Part shown: one piece after another, positions 25,944 to 32,000 of the stretch
Numbering within the stretch: position 1 is the stretch's first letter
Layout: each line of letters begins with the position of its first letter
Assembly: GCA_025839675.1 (NCBI GenBank)
Contig: CP104013.1
Coordinates: 5,910,001 to 5,942,000 of the forward strand
Source of the DNA: Candidatus Lokiarchaeum ossiferum
GTDB taxonomy: Archaea > Asgardarchaeota > Lokiarchaeia > Sigyniarchaeales > Promethearchaeaceae
Direction: 5' to 3'
Length of the DNA stretch: 32,000 nt
Notes under the pieces: generated by a model
Told to the model about the DNA's origin: nothing
Seen by the model: the letters and a program-made list of their open reading frames with translations, nothing else
The model's database searches: none
Position numbers and translations under genes: made by a program

Positions 25944-26348
25944 GTGAAAGTCATGGAACGAAGTATTAGATTAATTGTTGCGAAGCCTGGATTAGATGGT
26001 CATGATCGTGGGGCAAAAGTCATTTCTCGTGGATTACGGGATGCTGGATTTGAAGTTATTTATACTGGATTGCATCAAACCGCCGAAGATATTGTAGAAA
26101 GTGTAGTACAAGAAGATCCTGATTGCTTATTAATGTCGATTCTTTCTGGGGCACATCCTGTATTATTTCCACAAGTGATGCAAAAGTTGAAGGCTGAAGG
26201 AATTGAGGATGTGCTTGTTTTGGGTGGAGGCATCATTCCCGAAGAAGATATTCCTGCTTTGAAAGAGGTAGGGATTAGTGAATGTTTTGGTCCAGGTACC
26301 AAAATCCAAGAAATTGCTGATTATATCAGAGCAAACTTGAAGCGATAG
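25944..26348 (+). CDS. Acyl-CoA mutase small subunit (B12-binding domain)
   Basis: 134-aa ORF with the cobalamin base-off/His-on motif DxHxxG (GLDGHDRGAKV). It has the Rossmann-like B12-binding fold pattern (FEVIYTGLHQT, SILSGAH, VLGGGIIP). The start is either GTG 25944 or ATG 25953. Confidence 0.9.
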   Translation: MKVMERSIRLIVAKPGLDGHDRGAKVISRGLRDAGFEVIYTGLHQTAEDIVESVVQEDPDCLLMSILSGAHPVLFPQVMQKLKAEGIEDVLVLGGGIIPEEDIPALKEVGISECFGPGTKIQEIADYIRANLKR

Positions 26349-26374
26349 TCTATTCATAATTGAGAGATAATGCG

Positions 26375-27415
26375 ATGAATAATTTAGAATTAACTACAGA
26401 ATTAACTACTGAATTAAGAAATCTAATTGATCAAATGAAAGCTGGGAATAGGAGAGCCGTAGCAAGGTTAATCACCCATGTGGAAAATGGTGGTCCCGAA
26501 ACCGCAAGAAATATCATTAAAGAAATATATCCTCTCACTGGAAAGGCATATATTCTTGGTATTACCGGTGCCCCTGGATCCGGAAAATCAACCCTCACGA
26601 ATCAAATTGCCAGTGAATATTTGAAGGCAGGGAAGAAAGTTAGCATAATTGCTGTAGATCCAACTTCACCTTTTAGTGGAGGTGCTTTACTGGGAGATCG
26701 AATTCGGATGAAACCTAATTTCACGAATAAAAATCTTTTTATTCGTTCCATGGCAAATCGTGGCAAATTAGGGGGTTTGGCAATGGCTACCAAGGATGTG
26801 TTGCATGTTCTTGATGCTTATGGAAGCGATATTATTATAGTTGAGACTGTTGGAGTAGGACAATCCGAAATTGATATTTTTAAGAGTGCTCACACAACCT
26901 TAGTAATTATGCCTCCTGGTATGGGAGATGGAATACAAGCAATCAAAGCAGGAATCATGGAAATCACGGATATTTTTGTTGTCAATAAAATGGATCGTGA
27001 AGGCGCAGATAGGCGTGTTAATGAATTGCAAACAATGTTGGATATTTCTGAAAAAATTGATGTTGATTCTCCCAACAATTCTATTCGAGTTTTGCGTTCC
27101 AAAGGTTGGCGCCCTCCTGTTTTAAAAACAAACGGATTAACTGGAGAAAATGTTCCTATTTTGTTAGATCAAATCAAGAAACATGGTGATTTCATCATTA
27201 CAAGTGGTTTGAAGAAACAGCGTCTAATTTTCCGTTATAAACACTATGTTGTGGATATCTTGAAATATTTCTTATTGAAGAACATTGAAAAAATTGTATT
27301 CTCTAATCCGAAGATTAATGAATTTATTGAAAAGATCCTAAGTTATGAGAAGGGCAATGATCCTTATTCCATTTCGGATGCAATAATGGAAGTCTTTTTG
27401 AATAGATATTTTTAA
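26375..27415 (+). CDS. meaB: MeaB/ArgK-family G-protein chaperone of B12 acyl-CoA mutases
   Basis: The ORF has a P-loop GITGAPGSGKSTL, the blocks AVDPTSPFSGGALLGDRIRM and IVETVGVGQSE, and the NKxD variant VNKMD. The ATG at 26375 is preferred over the TTG at 26360 given in the track. Confidence 0.9.
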   Translation: MNNLELTTELTTELRNLIDQMKAGNRRAVARLITHVENGGPETARNIIKEIYPLTGKAYILGITGAPGSGKSTLTNQIASEYLKAGKKVSIIAVDPTSPFSGGALLGDRIRMKPNFTNKNLFIRSMANRGKLGGLAMATKDVLHVLDAYGSDIIIVETVGVGQSEIDIFKSAHTTLVIMPPGMGDGIQAIKAGIMEITDIFVVNKMDREGADRRVNELQTMLDISEKIDVDSPNNSIRVLRSKGWRPPVLKTNGLTGENVPILLDQIKKHGDFIITSGLKKQRLIFRYKHYVVDILKYFLLKNIEKIVFSNPKINEFIEKILSYEKGNDPYSISDAIMEVFLNRYF

Positions 27416-27455
27416 CTTTTTTTTAATTAATCAGGTTGTTTTAAAGGTCAGAGAT

Positions 27456-28223
27456 ATGGTATATTATCTGGTGTACGGCGGAGGTAAATTTGGATTCAAT
27501 GCGATAGAAAAATTGAAATCCAAAAATAAACTAATTGTCCTTGTAGATCAAGATCCGGAATGTTTTATCTCACAGAAATATGAATTAACACCAGTATCTA
27601 TCGAGTTTGTAGAAAAATTTCTTCAAAATATTAAAAAGGATGAGAAAGAAGATTCCAATCATTTGGATAATATTCTCTTTCTGGTCGGAGATATTGCAAC
27701 TATTGCAGAATTGCTTCGGACTGATCCTCCAGATATTTTTATTCCTAGTGCACCTATTCATGTTATGAAGGATCTTGGCATCTATTACTTACATACTCAT
27801 TTTCCTTCTTTTCTTATTCAATCTGTTGAACCCACTATAAATTTATTAAATAAACCCGATGAAATGCATTATTTCTCTTTCAATGATTCTGAAAAATATT
27901 TATCTTACGCGGGATGGAATGAGATTTGTCCTGATCATTGTACAGCCCCTGAATCATATTGTCCCTTTCATAAGAAAAAGAAACCTATTACAGTCTATAA
28001 ATTTCTTAAAAATAATGTCCTTGATGATTTTCATCTGTGTTTTAATAGTGAACAACTTGGAGCGGGTTTAGGAGGAATTCTTGGAAGTGAGATACAATCT
28101 TTTTTTCTGAAATTGACTCAACATGTAAACAAAAGGATTAAAAATTCACCAATAAACGTGTATATATCGACTTCATGTAATTGTCATGGAGTAATCTCTA
28201 AAATTGAAATTAAAATATCTTAA
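27456..28223 (+). CDS. Uncharacterised protein: N-terminal Rossmann-like dinucleotide-binding motif plus Cys/His-rich C-terminal half
   Basis: 255-aa ORF. The N-terminus, MVYYLVYGGGKFGFNAIEKLKSKNKLIVLVDQD, is a beta-GxGxxG-alpha-beta-acidic pattern. Later Cys/His clusters are CPDHC, CPFH, HLC and SCNCHG. It is embedded between the meaB-like gene and the hydroxyacyl-CoA dehydrogenase gene on the same strand. Confidence 0.4.
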   Translation: MVYYLVYGGGKFGFNAIEKLKSKNKLIVLVDQDPECFISQKYELTPVSIEFVEKFLQNIKKDEKEDSNHLDNILFLVGDIATIAELLRTDPPDIFIPSAPIHVMKDLGIYYLHTHFPSFLIQSVEPTINLLNKPDEMHYFSFNDSEKYLSYAGWNEICPDHCTAPESYCPFHKKKKPITVYKFLKNNVLDDFHLCFNSEQLGAGLGGILGSEIQSFFLKLTQHVNKRIKNSPINVYISTSCNCHGVISKIEIKIS

Positions 28224-28285
28224 ATGGAATCATTTAGAATATTAAACATAGGATTTTTTTAGAACTAAAAAGAGTGAAACAATAA

Positions 28286-29455
28286 ATGGAAATAAAAAAC
28301 ATTGTCGTAATTGGCGCTGGATTAATGGGTATGGGCGTAGTACAGGTTTCCTTACAAAAAGGATATAAGGTTACCGTAGTTGATATAAAAGATGAATTTA
28401 TTGATCGGGGTGTAAGCGGACTTAAAAAAGGTTTGGATCGCCTTGAACAAAAGGGACGGCTTGGGGAAGGTGTGACAACTGCCTCTATATTAGAAAAAAT
28501 GTCCACAACCACTGATCTGGCTGCTGCTGTGAAAGATGCCGATCTTATTTTGGAAGCAGTTATAGAGAATATGAAGATAAAACAAGATGTTTTTAAAACT
28601 TGTGCAGATAATGCTCCAGATCATTGTATTATTGCAACCAATACGTCTTCAATGAGTGTTACTGAAATAGCTAATGCTTCAGGAAAAGCAGATAAGTGCG
28701 TGGGGATTCATTTCTTTAATCCTGTTCCCTTGATGCGTTTGGTTGAAATTATTAAAGGAGATGGGACTTCCGATGAAACAATGGACATTGCTGTGGCTTG
28801 GGCTGAAGGTCTTCCTTGTCGTGGAAAGCGTTATTGTCCTCGGGTACTAAAAGATCGACCTGGATTTATTGCTAATCGTATGATTGCTCCTGGTTTTGTT
28901 CTCATGAATTGGGCATTCGATGAAGCGGTTGCGAAAGGGGTAACTTGGGAAGAATTGGAAGCAGATACTGTGAAAGAAACTTCTCCTATGGGATTTCTTG
29001 AGTTGGGGGATTATGTGGGCCACGATACATATTATCATATCAATAATTATTATGCTAAAACGTTGTCTCCTGATTTTACTCCTGGAAAAGCCTATACTGA
29101 AATGTATGAAACTAAGAAGTTAGGAAGGAAAGTCGGTCAAGGTTTCTTTGATTGGACTCAAGGACGTCCTAAGATCGATCGATCTAAAAAAGCGGGAATA
29201 GTAACGGCTGAACAATTAGATGCTATTGAAGCGAATGAAGGCTGTCGTTTATTGGAAGAAGGAGTAGTAAAGAACTGGCAAGTGATTGATGATACCATGA
29301 TGGCAGGATTTAATCGCCCAGGAGTAATGGAACTTGCAACTCAAAATTATGAAAAGTGGAGTACCCTTCTTGCGGAGCTTGCTGCAAAAATTGGTAAAGA
29401 TTACATTAAACCATGCGAATTCTTGAAATCGGGCAAATTTGTTGGAATGAAATAA
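28286..29455 (+). CDS. hbd: 3-hydroxyacyl-CoA (3-hydroxybutyryl-CoA) dehydrogenase, long form
   Basis: 389-aa ORF with an NAD-binding motif (IVVIGAGLMGMGV) and the family blocks TNTSS, IHFFNPVPLMRLVEII and DRPGFIANR. About 100 extra C-terminal residues resemble a second copy of the C-terminal helical domain. Confidence 0.9.
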   Translation: MEIKNIVVIGAGLMGMGVVQVSLQKGYKVTVVDIKDEFIDRGVSGLKKGLDRLEQKGRLGEGVTTASILEKMSTTTDLAAAVKDADLILEAVIENMKIKQDVFKTCADNAPDHCIIATNTSSMSVTEIANASGKADKCVGIHFFNPVPLMRLVEIIKGDGTSDETMDIAVAWAEGLPCRGKRYCPRVLKDRPGFIANRMIAPGFVLMNWAFDEAVAKGVTWEELEADTVKETSPMGFLELGDYVGHDTYYHINNYYAKTLSPDFTPGKAYTEMYETKKLGRKVGQGFFDWTQGRPKIDRSKKAGIVTAEQLDAIEANEGCRLLEEGVVKNWQVIDDTMMAGFNRPGVMELATQNYEKWSTLLAELAAKIGKDYIKPCEFLKSGKFVGMK

Positions 29456-29562
29456 ATTTTTATAATCCCAATTCTTTTTTTATTGTTTTTCATACTTGGA
29501 TAGAAACCTTCACCTAGGTATAACTCCTTTTGTTTATATTTCACTGAAATCTTCTATTTTAT

Positions 29563-30828
29563 ATGCTTTCACATAAAATTGATTATTCTTATATTAAAAA
29601 AGCGATTAGAGATAAGAAGCTTCCAGATGTAGAATATGGGACTGTAGGATGCGACGGATTTAAATATCAAATTCCTAATTTCAAACATATTGGGGGAAAA
29701 AATTGTATTCTTTCTTCGCTGAACAAAACATTGCGTCATTATGATATTAATTATTCGGAGGAAATGCTTCTTGGGATTGCTTCGGGTCTAAGTATGATCG
29801 TAATGCAATTTAAACACGGACCATTTGTCGGAGGATTAAATGCCAAGGATTGGAATTGTATTCGGGCACCTTTAGATCGCTTGGGGATTGAATATAAACT
29901 GCATGAGACTGGTTCAGTATTAAAAGCTCATCAAAAATTAAAGGATATTTTAAGAAAGGGACAACCAGCAGTCACATTTGTTGATATGGCGTTTCTTCCT
30001 CACTTCTTTTCTGATCAGAATATGGTTCCTAATGAAAAAATGGGGCATTTCGGAGGACATACCGTTGTAGTCTACGGTCTAGATGAAATGAAAGGTGAAG
30101 TATTAATTTCAGATCGTTTTGGAGAACCTGTGAAAATACCCTTAAATCTTTTTCAAATGGCCCGAGCTTCGAAATTTGCTCCTTTTGCAGCGAAAAATAA
30201 AATTTTGGAACTATTTAATCCCGAAAAGTCCTCCTTAAAATCGTTAAAAGAAATAATTCCTATGGCCATTAAACAGAATATTGATCAGATGTTAAACCCA
30301 CCCATTAAAATGCTTGGTGTGCCTGGTTTTTTAAAATATAAACAAGTTTTTCCTACCTGGTGGAGTAAATATCCTGGAGACCAATTTATTTATGCTATTC
30401 TAAATCTATTCATTTTTATGGAGGTTGGGGGTTGTGGAGGGGCCATGTTTCGAGATATGTATCGAATTTTCCTAGGTGAAGCAGCAGTTATTATGGAAAT
30501 GCCCTCTCTAAACAAAGCTATTGAATTTTTTGAAGTTTCTATCGAAGCCATTCACAACCTTGGAAACGCACTACTTCCTGATGAATTAGAATGGATGGGT
30601 AAATTACGTAAATCATTACTGGAATTCAACGCGACACAAGAATCGATGCCAGATAATCTAAATATCCTTCTTAAGCAAATGGAAAATGATCAGAAAAATA
30701 TCATTGAACGTGCTATAAGTGAGAATTTAAGTGATTTTCCAAGTTATTTTCCTAAAATTGTTGCTGCAATTCAACATGTGCATGATGCTGAGAAAGAAGC
30801 ATGGGAATATTTAGCAGAAATGTTTTAG
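29563..30828 (+). CDS. BtrH_N / DUF4872-like protein (papain-fold, peptidase-C39-like N-domain)
   Basis: 421-aa ORF. KNCILSSLNKTLRHYDINYSEEMLLGIASGLSMI matches the BtrH-N pattern (C..a.l..ll...g...sE.m.fGlgsGl). Other matching blocks are GQPAVTFVDMAFLPHF and HFGGHTVVVYGLDEMKGEVLISD. The call is from remembered family patterns only. Confidence 0.45.
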   Translation: MLSHKIDYSYIKKAIRDKKLPDVEYGTVGCDGFKYQIPNFKHIGGKNCILSSLNKTLRHYDINYSEEMLLGIASGLSMIVMQFKHGPFVGGLNAKDWNCIRAPLDRLGIEYKLHETGSVLKAHQKLKDILRKGQPAVTFVDMAFLPHFFSDQNMVPNEKMGHFGGHTVVVYGLDEMKGEVLISDRFGEPVKIPLNLFQMARASKFAPFAAKNKILELFNPEKSSLKSLKEIIPMAIKQNIDQMLNPPIKMLGVPGFLKYKQVFPTWWSKYPGDQFIYAILNLFIFMEVGGCGGAMFRDMYRIFLGEAAVIMEMPSLNKAIEFFEVSIEAIHNLGNALLPDELEWMGKLRKSLLEFNATQESMPDNLNILLKQMENDQKNIIERAISENLSDFPSYFPKIVAAIQHVHDAEKEAWEYLAEMF

Positions 30829-30978
30829 TTATTTCTTTTTCTTTCATTAACTCATTAAAACCTTTTTAAATTTGTTTTATGGATTACACATTCCACCGTA
30901 AATATGGTTTAACTAAGATAAACCAAAATTGTATGCTGAGAAAAACTTTAATTGTATAAATTCACCTATATATGTAAT

Positions 30979-31356
30979 ATGACAGAATCTTCAAATACTT
31001 TAACAACCGAAGCAAAAAAGAAGATCCCCTCTTATATTTATTGTATTTTAATATATTTGAGCGAAATCGTTCTGTTTTTCATTTTATTTAGCATAGAATC
31101 TCCTGGATTATTTATAAGCAACCTTGGAAATAGCTTTGGAATGTCAGTAATTGTGACAATTGTCTTAGTAATTGCAATATCCTTATACCGAATTTATAAT
31201 ATGGTAGGATCTGAATCTGAAATTCAAATGGGTGAAAGTAATGATAATCTTTCACTTATGAATGAAGATTCACGTAAAGCTGAAGAAGAATACCATTCTG
31301 CATTAGAAAAGCAATTAAAGAAACTAAAAGAAGAAGAACTGAATCTTTTAAATTAA
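30979..31356 (+). CDS. Small membrane protein with two TM helices and a C-terminal charged coiled-coil tail
   Basis: The ORF track starts at a TTG (30952); the first ATG is at 30979 (MTESSN...). Two hydrophobic segments are present (IYCILIYLSEIVLFFILF, MSVIVTIVLVIAISLY). They are followed by EEEYHSALEKQLKKLKEEELNLL. Confidence 0.5.
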   Translation: MTESSNTLTTEAKKKIPSYIYCILIYLSEIVLFFILFSIESPGLFISNLGNSFGMSVIVTIVLVIAISLYRIYNMVGSESEIQMGESNDNLSLMNEDSRKAEEEYHSALEKQLKKLKEEELNLLN

Positions 31357-31581
31357 ATTTTTCAAGCTTCACTTATTCTTGATAATTTAAAAAATTACAA
31401 TTTTTTTTGAAATTTTTGTTAAATTATTTTGTGGTTTCATGGTATGTTTTTTCTTAAAACTCATGTATTTTTCAGCAAATCCTTTGAGTTCTATGAGCAA
31501 ACTGGAATCATAGCCTTCAAACTTAGTCTCACGAAACGGGAGATCTTTTACTCTAGCTCTTAAAAATAGGATGATTTAACT

Positions 31582-32000
31582 GTGGAAAATATAAATGCTG
31601 AAGTCTTTACTCTTAGAAATCAAAGAAAACAAATTAAGGATCTTACTGAGAAACTTAAAGCGGTTTTAGGTCAATTCGATAAGCTTGAAAATGAACTTTT
31701 AAAGGCTCAGTATAAACACGGTTTAATGATTGCTTTTGATGAGATTGGTTATACCGAGGAAAGTTATAAGAAGAGGATCAATGAACTCTTTGCAATCAAG
31801 CAAAATTATCATCATTTGTGGTCCGAGACTCAGGAACTAACCCGTTCAATGGAAAAACATTATTCATCAGAAGAAGGATTAATGAAGGATTTAATGGAAA
31901 AAATTCAAAGCTTAACACCTGATAATATTAATGACATAAAAGGAATTCAACAGCAAAAGAAAGTCAAAAAAGAGCATTATTTCAAAGATATGACTAATGT
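31582..32000 (+). CDS. Coiled-coil protein, N-terminal part (the gene runs off the right edge of the window)
   Basis: Not in the ORF track because no stop falls inside the window. The frame opens after the TAG at 31567-31569, and the first start candidate is GTG 31582. It translates VENINAEVFTLRNQRKQIKDLTEKLKAVLGQFDKLENELLKAQYKHG... without a stop to position 32000, with heptad-like charged composition. Confidence 0.4.
   Translation, partial: MENINAEVFTLRNQRKQIKDLTEKLKAVLGQFDKLENELLKAQYKHGLMIAFDEIGYTEESYKKRINELFAIKQNYHHLWSETQELTRSMEKHYSSEEGLMKDLMEKIQSLTPDNINDIKGIQQQKKVKKEHYFKDMTN

Noticed and set aside
1-32000. CRISPR arrays, IS elements or transposases, prophage genes, toxin-antitoxin or classical defence systems
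   Set aside because: I found no regularly spaced repeats, no terminal inverted repeats flanking a transposase-like ORF, and no ORF with nuclease/helicase/methylase combinations typical of defence islands. The GIY-YIG and TatD genes look like housekeeping singletons.

Overview
This is an AT-rich, gene-dense window of about 36 genes with short spacers. I found no rRNA, CRISPR array, IS element or integrase. All homology calls come from reading motifs in the supplied translations; no database search was possible.

The gene content is archaeal and looks like an Asgard (Lokiarchaeia-like) genome. That placement is an inference from several observations together:
- two Rab/Ras-like small GTPases
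- a V4R (Bet3/TRAPP-related) protein
- a gelsolin-repeat-like protein
- longin-like small proteins
- CDC48
- a PSTK/Kti12-family kinase

The recognisable modules are:
1. Aldose 1-epimerase plus a crcB/FluC pair.
2. An aromatic amino-acid fermentation block: iorB-iorA followed by two tandem ADP-forming acyl-CoA synthetase alpha-subunit paralogs.
3. tRNA-Leu(CAG).
4. A housekeeping minus-strand run: IMPase, CDC48, PSTK, GIY-YIG and TatD.
5. A minus-strand small GTPase, thioredoxin and V4R operon, with a second GTPase, a stand-alone RAM domain and a longin-like/wHTH protein nearby. This is the most interesting candidate system in the window.
6. A B12 acyl-CoA mutase cluster: CobA adenosyltransferase, mutase large and small subunits, MeaB-like GTPase, an unknown Rossmann/Cys-rich ORF, 3-hydroxyacyl-CoA dehydrogenase and a BtrH-like protein. 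The mutase active-site residues read as isobutyryl-CoA mutase-like (Phe/Gln) rather than methylmalonyl-CoA mutase (Tyr/Arg).

Several uncharacterised ORFs and two unusually long AT-rich spacers are flagged in the findings.
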